Shown piece after piece: positions 12,001-23,827 of a DNA stretch of 64,000 nt. This stretch comes from Yuukianura sp. NJ FZ-2021 (Eukaryota). The translations under genes were made by a program, and so were the position numbers. Below the pieces are notes generated by a model, which was not told the DNA's origin, ran no database searches, and saw only the letters and a list, made by a program, of their open reading frames with translations. The stretch is from the NCBI GenBank assembly GCA_046563655.1, contig CM102284.1, positions 2,170,001 to 2,234,000 on the forward strand. The letters run 5' to 3'. Position 1 is the first letter of the stretch, and the number at the start of each line of letters is the position of its first letter.

Positions 12001-15000
12001 GTACACTTCTTGTATTAAATTACGAAAGTGCTCCCCTTGCTCTGTTTTCTAATTTATTAAATAGCGAGACGTACTTTGTGGTTCGATTATGTCTGTCCGT
12101 CTGTATGGCTGTCTGATCGTCGTAGACATTTATATCCCAAACGTCGCAATATTTCCGTTTTCACTTTATGAAAGTTCATTGTTGAATATTTTACCAGTGC
12201 AGTAGTCGAATTCCTTTGGAGTCAAAGGTCAACCAACCAGGTTCATTATTAACATGGGAAATGTCTTACACAAAAGCTGTCTGTTGCATAACGAGAGTAC
12301 ATTTGTACTTCACTTATCATATGACCTGTTATGACTTTTCGGGTCAAAGCTCGACTTGTTTCTGGAGCACTTCGGCTCATATCTTTCGCTACTTGTTTAC
12401 ATTCCGTTTGCCGCTTTTTTTGGAAGCCAAGTCTGGAACATCTATGAGGGAACTTATTGGAGTTTGAGTTTGTGTAACTTTCAAAATCCTGTTTCGAAAT
12501 TCTTTAGTTTTTGAAAGCCCTTAAGTCCCTGTTTTTGGAGACCGCAGGAGAGGTCGGCTAGGGTCAAATTCATGTTGAAGAAAGTTTAAGGGTTTAAGGG
12601 TCCTAAAACAAGAGGATTTACGATCATGACACACCACTACGAGTAATTGTATACAGACACTGTAGTTGCTTAAGGTTTAAAAAATAAAGGTAAATTCATG
12701 TCGAGCATGACTTTGGTCGAAGAAACACTGCTGAGCGGAGTTTATGACCTTTAGACACGTGACAATGGAAGAACAAAACTCTTGTTCTAAAACTTTGTAG
12801 GAACTCCTTTGTTTAAAAAAAAGAGTTGAAGTAGCATATGCGGGAGTTTGGAAATTTTTATTGTCTTTTCTTGTCTGTTGACTTTTAAGAAGCTTTGGTC
12901 GGTAGGAATTCGTTTGTTGACTTTGATGTCCATTTTGGTCTCTTTGCACTTTACTTCAACCTAAATGGCTTCTTTCAACTTCAGCTTTTTTTACTTTGTA
13001 AAATTTGGCTTCTGCTTTTTAGTTTTCTGCCTCATGCTATGCTTAAAGTGTTTTTTAAATTGAAGTTTGACTTTACTCAACTTGAGATGTGAGGTTCAAT
13101 ATTTTGATTGATGAATTTTGGAGTTAAATATTGAGTGGGGGGTACTTGAGAGGATCCATCACGAGATATTTTTTATTCCAAAGTAAACTTTAAGGGCCGC
13201 ACCCAGTTATAAAGTTGTGTTTAAAAATAGAGCTTTATTAATAATGACCCGTCGTCGTCGAAAGTTGTCGAAAATGGTCCACGCCATTGCTTCGAATGAA
13301 TTGCTCCGAATGAATTGCCACAAAATCAATTTGTCCGAAAGGCAAATTCCTTCAAAAGACAAGTTGCTCTGAAACTATAGTAATTAAACTTACATTAATT
13401 TGCTCAACATTAAGTAGGTTAGGTTATAAATGAATAAAGTTACGTGTTTTGTTAGGCTAACAATCATGAGATTGCAATTGAATTAAAATGACAATGTTAT
13501 GTTGGGTTAGTTTACAATACCATATTCGGAGGAATTGATTTCGTGGCAGTTCATTCGGAGCTACGCGCTTCGGAGGAATTCATTCGGAGCAATAGCATAT
13601 GGTTAGCCGTTTAATTGAAGTTTTCCATTTTTTCTTTATGATTTTTTTGTTCAAAATTTTCTAATTTTTTTTGTTTTTGTGTTGCAGGGGAGCACTCCTT
13701 GGATCTGTCAAAAGTTCTACAATGTCAGAGTCTCGGAGTATTCAGACAATGACCTTTAGATGTACCCGAGGCCAAGTTCATTGGGAGGATCCGATTGGTG
13801 GCCTTCGAATTGCCATCGAACCGACACTGGACCCACCCTACAAATTATGTCTGGAGGAACAGAGGACTTCGAGGAGAAAAAGAATCCATCGGATTCTGCT
13901 GGAGGAGCCTTCAGGCCGTCTGCTCCAAGTGCTTAGTACGGATCTCAAGAATTCCGATTGCTACGAGATCTCAAGACCCTCAGCGATTCTGTACATAGAA
14001 AGTGGTAGCGGAGGATCCGGGAATGAAGTGTCGCAAGATATTGACGCAGATGCTGCTGCGTTGAGTCATCCAGTGTCCTTGGCCTACGAAGTAGAATCAC
14101 TCCGAGGTGAGAAAATTCACCTAACTTTAAAATCAATCTCTTCTAGAAGTGGGTACTTGACAGTTTTTCAAGGGCCTGTTGATTTTGTACCAGTTTTGGA
14201 CTTAGCTGATGCTAATCTGGGAGTGGTACAATTGACTTTTTATGACAATGGGGTAGCATTTTGGTGTATCTGAAAGTGTGGAATGGACACTCTCCTTCCG
14301 TAGTAATAATTAGGAGTGGGTTCCATGCTGTGACTCATTAAGACTTCGATTGTTACGTTTTCCTTGGAAGATGGACTGGGACATGAGAAGATTTCCATTT
14401 GAGACAAGACTTAGGGAAGGGCGTTGGAATTGACTCTGAACTTGAGAGATTTTTGCTCATTGTTGCAAGTCATTGTTACTTTTGACTCTTGAGAGACTAC
14501 GAAGTAGGGCTAGAGAGCCAATCATAATGGGACGCTGAGGGTGACGACCACTTGGACTTGTAGATTTTTCAAAACGTAATTTTACATGTTCTTCTGTCGG
14601 TCTACTAAAACATCTTCATGACTATTATACCTCGTTTGCATAAAATTCAAATTTACATGCTGTTTTATAACTGAAAGTTTACTTTTCGAATTCATATGAG
14701 ACTAAACTCGGAATTGTTCAGAATTTTGATAAAGTTTTTGTTTCAGGTGACGGTGACCCGTGTCGCCCTTGCTCAGAAGCAGAAGTTCTCAAAGCCTACT
14801 GCTCTGCGGATGTTGGTAAGTGACAGCGACAGGACTGCGCAAGGTTCCTTGACAAGGAAAAGTTAAATTTTTTTAACAGGTTGAGTACTACCTCGCTCGC
14901 TAACAAAAAAAAAACCGGAAAACAAAACGAAAACTTAGTACCAAACCAATAATCCAAAAACTTGGTACCAATTCGTATGCAAAATTTAGAAAAATTGGCT

Positions 15001-15613
15001 GTATTGCCATGACTACGATGCCCTGAAATGAAACTAGAAATTTTTTTGCAAAATCGAAAACACATTAGGTATTACCCAACCTGTTAAAGACAATCAAAGT
15101 CAACATACCTTTTGAGTACTACTCGTGTCCATAAATTACAAGAATCCACATCCACCTCATGTTATTCTCAAAACTAACTTTGCATTTTAAACATTTCAAA
15201 AATTGTAAGCATGTTTTTTTCTGGTTTTTGCAGTGGCCCGTGGATCCATTCTCCAAATCCTTCCAGGATTCCAGTATGACTCCATTTACATCCACTCTGA
15301 CTTGGTTTTACACCAGAACCAACCAGTTTTTACTCCTGTCCAAAGTCCCCTTGTCAACTTCCTCACGACTCCGCCCAGACGGTTTGACATGGACCGACCT
15401 CAACGTGTCACCCGAAGTCACGGCAGAGGTAAACTGCACCAGGGCATCATTAGTCATCCTAGTCAGTGCGCCGCCGCAGTGGGAGACGGCGACTTTCTGT
15501 GGCTGATTAAGTTTCGATTCGGAATGCCTATGACGGAGTGTGCTGTGTACTGGGACAGTTGGACAGACCTTGCAGGGAGAAGCCAAGGGGAATGTCCCCT
15601 GTCAACAGACTAA
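9044..15613 (+). CDS. Meteorin/meteorin-like secreted protein
   Basis: Exons 9044-9210, 13689-14106, 14747-14815 and 15234-15613. They give a hydrophobic leader, CDWNGRG, FRCTRGQVHWEDPIGGLRI, PCRPCSEAEVLKAYCSADVVARGSI and CAAAVGDGDFLWLIKFRFGMPMTECA, matching the METRN/METRNL Cys pattern. Start codon uncertain. Confidence 0.85.
9558..13197. promoter_or_regulatory. Dense cluster of (T)TAAGGG(C/T)C / G(A/G)CCCTT(A/C)A motifs in meteorin-like intron 1; candidate homotypic enhancer
   Basis: About 20 copies on both strands, e.g. ~9598 AAGGGCCCTT, ~10434 ATCCCTTCAAGGGCT, ~10669 AAGGGCCCTTAA, ~11267, ~11508 GCCCTTAAGGGAC, ~11789, ~11985, ~12586 TTAAGGGTTTAAGGGTCC and ~13189. The motif is rare elsewhere in the window. 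Confidence 0.4.
12057..12360 (+). mobile_element. DINE-1/HINE-like dispersed repeat
   Basis: ATAGCGAGACGTACTTTG..GTCTGTCCGTCTGTATGGCTGTCTG, plus internal GTCAAAGGTCAA and ATGACTTTTCGGGTCAAA segments shared with the other copies. Confidence 0.55.
13279..13602. mobile_element. MITE family A (TTCGGAG/CTCCGAA subterminal repeats, TAGGTTAGGTT core), copy 1
   Basis: Left GCCATTGCTTCGAATGAATTGCTCCGAA is inverted to right TTCGGAGGAATTCATTCGGAGCAATAGC; homologous to the elements at ~20293 and ~24768. Confidence 0.8.
14877..15083. mobile_element. MITE flanked by TTAA
   Basis: TTAA|CAGGTTGAGTACTACCT ... AGGTATTACCCAACCTG|TTAA, an imperfect 17-bp TIR, in meteorin-like intron 3. Confidence 0.7.
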
Positions 15614-17122
15614 AACAATTTACAATTATGGGGAAAATTAGTATTCAGATGGATACTGCGACTCAAGATACGGGAGAGATCAGGTTTTGAAGTGGAAAGT
15701 GAACTTATCCTGATTAGGAATTTGAGACACGAGCTTCACTCAAGGCACAAAACATAAATTTTTAAAGTTCATCCTCCCTAGAGAGGAAGATTCGAAGAAA
15801 AAATGAAACTGCGTGCCAAAACGACTTTAACGAGATTTTTAAGTAAAGTTATTATCGTTTAGAGATGAGGTAATAATCAATTCATGCTAAAATTTTTTCT
15901 TTGGTAAAAGTACCAAGATAAAAAAGTCAAACTTTTCTTAGTCATCTTCTCTCTGTTTTTGTGCAATCAGTTACTACTTAAGTTTTGTTCAAGCGCTAAC
16001 ACTTTTTAGTTTAGTTTTTTTTAAATTTGAAATTCTTGTTTTTTTTTAAATTTAGCACATTTTGAAAACGTTACCATCACTTAGGAGTAAGTCATAAACG
16101 CCTTTTATTCCAAAAGAGGCTCATCTTTTTCACACTTTTGAGATAGAGTGTGATCTCAATTTTTTGTGCAAATAAGTTAAGAGAGACGTCTTATTTATTT
16201 TCCCAAGTGCCAACCATGTGTTAAAACGTTACAATAATTTTTTTAATGTTAGAATTTTAATAGAATTGGAAATGATAAAAAACTAAAAAAAACAGTCTAG
16301 AGCAGATGTGGAGATTCATTTTCATTTTTTCATTTTAATTTGGCCCATTTCCGTATCCTAGGCATCTGTCCCTTCCTCTCATCCTGGAATGAGCCTTTCT
16401 TATACTAAAAGTCTATGAAAATGTTAGTCTAATGTAAAGTAAGGCTGGAAGACTGGAGAGCTGCTTTTGATAAAAAGCAACGCCCCTAAAATGTCGTGGG
16501 AGAAGAGTAGCAAAATAGTTCTCAGCTTCATTTTTTTTTCCTTTTGTGAGTGTGTAGATGATTTTGAGAGTTTGAAGACGTTTTGTTGTCATAATTAATA
16601 GTTTCACACTCCAGATTTCCTTTTCAACACGGGATTTTTTTAATCTTTACCACAAAACCCCAAAAACATTGCTCTCACACACTATTCCTGCTTTTCTGAA
16701 ATTACGACGAGAGGATATGCATCCTAAAAAAAATATCACCGAAAAACCAAAGAAAAAGTTTCAAACTTTTCTTCTCACTGCACAAAATCAACATTTGTGG
16801 CTTTTTCCAAAACAGTAGGAAACTTACAAAAAAAAATAGGCGAATAGTTCAAATATTTCTTATAAAAACGCGTAACATTAAAAAAAACGAAAAAACATGT
16901 GTAAAAAAAAGTTTTTGAAGTTTTGAAGTGAAGTTGCAGAAAATTACAGAAACTTGAATCAGCCAAACGGAAATTTTTGGTTAGGCAAATTCGGTTTTTT
17001 TTTTCAAAACCGTGAGGAGAAAAAAAGCTTGAGAAATTTTCGGTTTTTATAGAATAAGTCCGCAGCTAGAAACAAAATGAGTTTGTGTAATTCCGAACTG
17101 AAGTGACCTTGGTGGTGTACCT

Positions 17123-18200
17123 GGGGGGAGATGCAATAGAGTTTCAAAGTCTGGTCATTTCCAAAGTCAAGCCCAAAGCACGGTCAATAGAAGGCAAAGT
17201 CGAAGTCCAAGCCTTAGACTTAGCCAATAACTGAGACAAAGCATAGACAAAGCCTAGGCAGAGTCCAGAAAAATGTAAGTCAATTGAATCCGTGAATTCA
17301 ATAGACTTTCTAATTGGTCAAAGTCTAAGACTTTCCCAGGCTTACTCAGGAGTAGGCCTAGCTTTGTCTAAACATGCATTTTCGGCCTCTTGTGCTTACT
17401 TTTTCAATTTTGTAAATGAAAACTTGCATTAATTATAATATTTTAACACTTCTAAAAATTACATAATTCACATGTACATATAAAATATGTGCACATAATG
17501 ATATTAGGCATATATGCAAGTACTATAAGCATACATATTGTTATTATGCATATAATGCATTATATTATGTGTATTGCGTATATAATATAAGAATGCATTC
17601 ATGATATATCGTGCATATCTCCATATACATGATATATGCCTGATATATGCATGATATATCGTCCATATCTCCATATACATGATATATACCTGATATGTGC
17701 ATGATATATCCTGCATATCTTCACGTACACGATAAAGGCATGATATATCCTGCATATCTTCACGTACATGATAAAGACATGATATATCCTGCATATCTTC
17801 ACGTACATGATAAAGGCATGATATTATCATGATAAATCATTTCATATAGTAATTATCATGTTATTGCATACACCACTAAACTTTTACAGTTAACGTTAAT
17901 TAATATAACTAATGTTAAGTGTAATAATAGATGTACATAGGATATAATATAATTAATAATTGCAGTATTAATTAATATATGAAAAAAAAAATTAAAAAAC
18001 AAAGCTAAAAAAAATTGCAAGGGTGAGGAATCCGAACAGGTGAACACTCAAAAAGGGCTTAGACTTGACTTTTGCGTAAGCCCGCCAAAGTCGAGTCCCG
18101 AGTTTTGATTGAATTTCGGACTTTGCCCAGTCTAGGGACTCGACTTTGACGGGCTAAGGACTTTGGGCTTAAAAGCTCCATTTCTATTGAATCTCCTTCC
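17123..18200. mobile_element. TIR-bounded non-autonomous element with AAAGTC/GACTTT subterminal repeats and a central minisatellite
   Basis: GGGGGAGATGCAATAGA at ~17124 is inverted to TCTATTGAATCTCCTTCC at ~18183-18200. Many AAAGTC on the left side and GACTTT on the right; AT-rich interior. Confidence 0.55.
17590..17830. repeat. ~39-bp minisatellite (ATGATATATCCTGCATATCTTCACGTACATGATAAAGGC), ~5-6 degenerate units
   Basis: Direct tandem copies; the ORF track shows the 13-codon period ISCLYHVREDMQD. Confidence 0.9.
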
Positions 18201-19403
18201 TGAAGCTTAGACTATGATGTTGTTATAATGCAATGCGTTAAGAGCCGTGTAAGATGGATGGTTATAACAATGCCTTCCAGAACAATGGACCTCAGGTGGA
18301 TAACATTGTACTTTTATCTCTGCATTCTCGATGTTCTTCAGTTTCAGAGTTGAAGGGCCGTGGGCGTGTGCCTGGCAACAAAACTTTGGATCCCTCCAGG
18401 ACTCAGCCAAACCCATCAATCGAGCCGATGTCAATCATCCAACAACTTACAACCAAAATACAAAGTCTTACATCCCTCGTTCTTTTTTTATTTTGTATTT
18501 TCAATATTTTAAACTAAAGTCAAAGAAATTGATGAGAACTAACCGTAGCAGGTAAAATGTTCAAAACAAATTGATCAAAAAATGAAAAACTCAAAAGCGA
18601 AAATATCAACTGTTAAAACTGTAGATTAGGGTTGGTGAGGCTATGGTTTCTCGTGTTTGATCTTTTCCCCCTTTTTGACCATATTAAATGAACTACTGAT
18701 TACACTAATACAGATTGAATTTACTCTCTAATTTCAACTATGGCGTTATATAAGTAAACGAACAAAAAAGTGCTCTACTGACATGCAAAATTTCAGTTTC
18801 TAGCGATTTCTGGAACTTCATGTCTTGGTACTAACTTGCAAAATTTCATTTGTCATAATCTGCTAAATTACGTACCTGACTTAATTACAAGATTTATGAC
18901 CGTATTCAAGCTTAAGTTCGCTCATTATTCATTCTTTGTTGTTTTAACAGATTTTCCAAAAAGATAACGAAATGACGCACTTGTCTTCGTAATGTTAACT
19001 TAATTAATTTTTGCTTTAGATTTTAGTTGAAAGAGACAAGGCCAAAGTTAGGATTTTCCCGCATAAAAACGCGCAGCAACATTCGACAACTTCCCCACGA
19101 AATAAGCCGTTGTATTACTCCATTTCTAGTGAATTACGTATTTTGAACGTTGAAACTCAAGGTCATGCAGAACTAGTATAAAACAGAACAACTAATTACT
19201 TTCCTAGGATTAGACTCAACGAAGTGAATTTTGAATTTTTGTCACGCGAGCTCAGTGTTCAACAGAAGAAAGTCAAGGTTATATACAAGTTTTTGTTAGA
19301 TTTGTCATAACATGTTTCCCTGTCTTCTGGAAGGCCGTTTGTAACTTCATTTTTAGTTGTTGTTTTACATTATCACAGAAAAGTTCTCTTCCAACTTGAA
19401 ATA

Positions 19404-21224
19404 ATGCCGACACACTCTATAGGCTACGCTGCCCAAGACGATTCTGGAACTCTAGCTCCGTGGAAGGCAAGTCCGATTCAAGTTAAACATAATTTTTTGA
19501 AATTTTGAATTTCAAAAGTTTTTTTTTTAATTTCAGTTTGAACAACGTGACCTTCGACCAGAAGACGTCAGAATTAGAATCGTCGCTTGCGGAATTTGTC
19601 AGACGGATGTTCACTGTGGAAAGAATCATTGGAAAATCACGTCGTATCCTTTCATCCCAGGTACTAAATGCATTACCCAACATTGCTCAGGGTCACCATT
19701 TATGTCAAAAGGCTGAAATTCTGTTTTACTTTTGTTGAAGGTCACGAGATAACTGGTTACGTTGAAGCCGTGGGACCAGACGTGTCAAAGGTCAAAGTTG
19801 GAGACAAAGCAGCAGTTGGAATCCTGATAGACTGTTGTCGCTCCTGTGACCAATGTCAACAGAGTCAGGAACAATATTGTGCTAAACGTGTGCTCCATGG
19901 CATGGGACTGCTCAGGAATGGCGGCCAGTCTTACGGTGGCTACGCTCGGGACATTGTCGTTGAGGTAAAAATCGCAAACTACTAATAGAAAATGCTGGAA
20001 TACTGAGACTACTAAAAATATGTGTGAAATAATATTTAAAATATTGACTGACTTCTTAAACAACAGGAAAAGTTTGTTTGTCGGTTTCCGGATTCCCTGG
20101 ATATGTACGCTGGCTCTGCATTACTCTGCGCAGGAATCACTGTTTACTCCAGCATGAAGAAATTCGGAATGGACAAGCAACCTGGAAAGACTCTTGGGGT
20201 CATTGGACTAGGAGGTCAGGTTAAGTCAATTCTAACTAACCTAGCTTAAGTTAAACCTAGCTACTTTGTTTAGGATAGTAAGTCACGTGTAGCATGCCAT
20301 TGCTCCGAATGAATTCCCTCGAATCCAATTATCCCGAAAGGTAAATTCCTCCGAAGCACAAAATTACTCCAAATTTGAATAAACTTACGTTAACATGCTC
20401 AGCGTTAAGTCTAGAACATGTTATAAATCGTAAGTTTAGCTTTGGTTATGCTAACGATTATGAGATTAATATACTTGGTTGAGTTAGAATTCATAAGGTA
20501 TAATTGTAGTTTCCGAGTCTCTCCGAATCTGAATTTCGGAGCGATTTGTATTCGATGCAATCCATTTGGAGCAATGAGCTTAGGAACAATTCATTCGGAG
20601 GAATGGCATGGAACAAAATCTATGAATTGTAGTTTGTATTTTTTTGAATCTACAGGACTTGGTCACATGGCAGTGAAATTCGGAGTGGCGTTTGGGCTTG
20701 ACGTTACTGTTTTGTCTCGTTCAGAAACCAAACGCCACGAAGCAACAACTGTACTCGGAGCTCAGCATTTTCTCAATACTGGAGAAGAACAAACGTTCAA
20801 AAAAGCTATCCAAAGTTTGCACTTCATAATTGACACTGCCGGAGCCCATAAGGACATGGACGCTTACTTGTCACTCCTTCGCGTTGACGGAATCATGGTT
20901 CTGGTTGGCGTTCCAGAAAAACCACTTCAGGTACTAAAACTTTTTCCAAAATTTGAACAATTTAAAAGTTCCAAATTCAAACCACTTTTTTTTTAGATCA
21001 ATGGAAATTTATTAATCGACGCACGCCGAGTTTTGACTGGAAGTATAATTGGAAGTATTGAGGAAACTGAGGAAATGCTCAAGTTTTGTGCAGAGAATAG
21101 CATTACAGCAATTATCGAGAAAGTGCCCATGGACTATGTGAACACTGCTTGGAAACGACTAATGGCATCCAATGTCCACTACCGCTTCGTCTTGGATATT
21201 CAAAATAGTTGCCCACCAATCTAA
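19404..21224 (+). CDS. Zn-dependent NADP(H) alcohol dehydrogenase/aldehyde reductase, cinnamyl-ADH (CAD/YahK/AdhC) type
   Basis: Exons 19404-19466, 19537-~19661, ~19741-19964, ~20067-20214, ~20657-20930 and ~20998-21224. They encode [36 protein letters not shown], structural-Zn [64 protein letters not shown] and [16 protein letters not shown] at ~19177. Confidence 0.93.
20293..20612. mobile_element. MITE family A, copy 2 (in ADH intron 4)
   Basis: CATGCCATTGCTCCGAATGAATT ... AATTCATTCGGAGGAATGGCATG inverted ends. Confidence 0.85.
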
Positions 21225-21647
21225 ATTGTTCAAATTTTGAAAAAAAAAAAAAGGATTTGCATTTTTAACACTTCTTGAAATTATGAAACTTTGTTTTGGC
21301 AAGTTAAATTCATCTTCCAAGCCTTTGCTTGGAGTGAATTTGATACTTACGTCTTTTAATTTTTTAAGCTACTAACTTTACTACATCTTTTAATACTCAC
21401 TAAGCATATTTTAACACACCTTTACTGTATAATGTGACTTAAAAAAATACTTTTTTGTTAAAATTATTTTTCGGTTTTCGAAAATTATTATTTTTTGGTA
21501 ACACGGTTTCTATGACAACAAACAAACCAACCCCCATTCAGTTTGCATGGTTTTGTCAAAAACTTGGTTTCATATTTTGAAAATGACGAAGATTATTGTT
21601 TCATGAATTTAGATTTTTTTTTCTGTTCTAAAATAGTTTAGTTGGAC

Positions 21648-22142
21648 ATGATCATGCACTCCAACAGTTTTAAACACATCGGTAGTGTACTTTTGTTTTT
21701 TATTTTGGTGAAACAGTGTAGCAGTGTGCAGATTTCGGACAACGAGGCACGGATTATGACCGCTAATGCTAAGACCACGGCGAAAAAACTCTGTCCACGG
21801 GAGGAAGACCTCTACAAGTTGATCATCTCGCATCAAGACAATGCCACCAACATCACACTGGGCAACGTCAAGCCCTCTCCTGACCTTCACATTCGGCTTG
21901 ACCTCTACCTAGTTATCAACAGAGTGGTAGCGAAAATACTGAGTCGATGTTGTCCATGGAGAACAAGGATCTTCACTTGCAATGATGCTCAACAGGACAA
22001 ACTTGCAGACCAAGTCATCACTCAATCCAGAGAAGCTACAGTGGCTCCAACTTCTGGTTCAACCTGTACATACATGATTCAAGTGACGCCACGGTTGCTA
22101 ACATTCCTCTTCATTTTAGTGGTTGAGGCCCTCAAAACTTAA
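21648..22142 (+). CDS. Small secreted or GPI-anchor-like hypothetical protein (~164 aa, single exon)
   Basis: Signal-like IGSVLLFFILVKQCSS, several Cys, a Ser/Thr spacer and a hydrophobic C-terminus (LLTFLFILVVEAL). AATAAA at ~22178. No family recognised. Confidence 0.6.
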   Translation: MIMHSNSFKHIGSVLLFFILVKQCSSVQISDNEARIMTANAKTTAKKLCPREEDLYKLIISHQDNATNITLGNVKPSPDLHIRLDLYLVINRVVAKILSRCCPWRTRIFTCNDAQQDKLADQVITQSREATVAPTSGSTCTYMIQVTPRLLTFLFILVVEALKT

Positions 22143-23827
22143 ATACTTCAATTTTAAACAGATTACAAATGTATTTTAATAAAACAACTGTAAAAATCTG
22201 GCAAAGTCAAAAGTTCACTTCATTTTGAAGTAGCTTTGGATCGTCGAAGTATAAAATTTTGAAATTTTACCGAAATCGTGACCTTTCGTCTCGGGTTCTT
22301 TCTACTTTTTTTTTTCGTGGAAGCTAAAATGCGGTACTAATTAAAAAAATGATTAAATCTTGTTAACCTCTAAACTGTTTTTTTCATTTCCTTTAGTGTT
22401 TTTCCCTAACGGCTCAACTCTCGCTTTTAATTTTCTCCAATTTTCTCCTTCTTCGTTGAAGTGCTTCTTTCCTATCACTTCTGCACGGTTTTCTATTTCA
22501 AGTGCTCTGATTCAATTTCACACTTCACCAAAATCCTCTTCACCAGAAGAGAAACTAAACGTTCTGCAAGGAAAAAAAACACCAGATGACAAATAATTCA
22601 CAAGCTCGGTTTAGAAAAACTTTGTGTGTTTTAGGAAAGTGTTTGTAGAAAAGTAGTTCATACTCGTTCTTGCCACTCCTCTCGATCCTGTAATTATCAT
22701 AACGTCTCTTGCATGTTACCAAACAATTATTAGGTAGAACACATTAGCAAAATTCGAATTTAGAAGAAACCGTTTAGCTGCACCGTGATCATGGGACATT
22801 GACGCACAGTGCACGTCATTCGTTCAAACAAGAAGGTTGGAAGAAAGTAACTTGGTTAAAAACTCGAAAGTTTTTTGCATTTCTTTGAAAGTAAAGACAT
22901 TTGAATTAATTTGTTTGCATTTGACCTTAATTCTGAAAAAATTCAAATCGAACTTTCTTTAACTTCAATTTAAGTGGCATGTTTTCACTTGAACTTGCAG
23001 GAATTGGATTCTCCAGAGACAGAAGCTTAGAGAAAAGCGAGCGGAGAAGTGAAAGTTCATCGCTTACAAAGTTTTTAAGTGGTCTACAGAGACTGTTCTG
23101 AAGAAACAGTTCTGCAGTTATTTTGAACAAAAAAGGAACAACATTCAACAGTTGTGTGTTTGAAATCAGTTTTTGAGTATAATTTGGCTCCAGTCCAAAA
23201 GTTATACACAGATCAGAATCAGCAGAGAGTTTGTTCTAGAAAAGCTGCGCTAATACTAAAAACTAAGAGTTTCCAACTTTTGCAAAAGCAGAGACATGTT
23301 TTACTTTTTGGAATTTTATTAGCAACTGAGCACTTGTTGCAACAACACCCGAAAAGTACTCTTCTGCGTCTCTTTTTCTTTGCGTCGTTTCTAATTAAGA
23401 TTGACTTGGGCACGGGCTGGGAAATTGGCCAAATGAAATCAGTTTTCGTAAAGCAGTGGAAGAACAATGTGTGAAATGTCTATGTGATTGTGATCTACAC
23501 TGAAGAGTAACTGGGTTATGACTTATGGACATTTTTGGCAAGGAACAATTAGTTTGCCAAAACTAGAATTCGCGAATTCTTGAACTCCAAACTGTGACAG
23601 TCGTGTTTTGGAAATTTGGAAATGCAAGTGAAGTGAACAAAAGTTCTGAAAAAGTTTTTGTTCTAATTAAAATTAAAGGGAAGGAATTTAAGTGAAAGTT
23701 GTCCAACGTTTTGTTTGCTGCTGTTCTAGAACTTACCGGAAAAGAAGTTGGATTAATTTCTAATTATTTTTAGTTTGCAAAACTTTTGAAAAGTTTTGGT
23801 TTCTTTAAATAAAGTTTTTCAAAGAAA

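Noticed and set aside
17504-17830. 108-aa ORF with ISCLYHVREDMQD repeats
   Set aside because: A by-product of the 39-bp minisatellite; no splice or coding context.
18207-18555. Overlapping short ORFs in a slightly GC-richer patch
   Set aside because: No recognisable motifs or consistent splice structure.
20442-20656. N-terminal part of the 184-aa ORF
   Set aside because: Read-through of an intronic MITE; the real ADH exon starts at ~20657.
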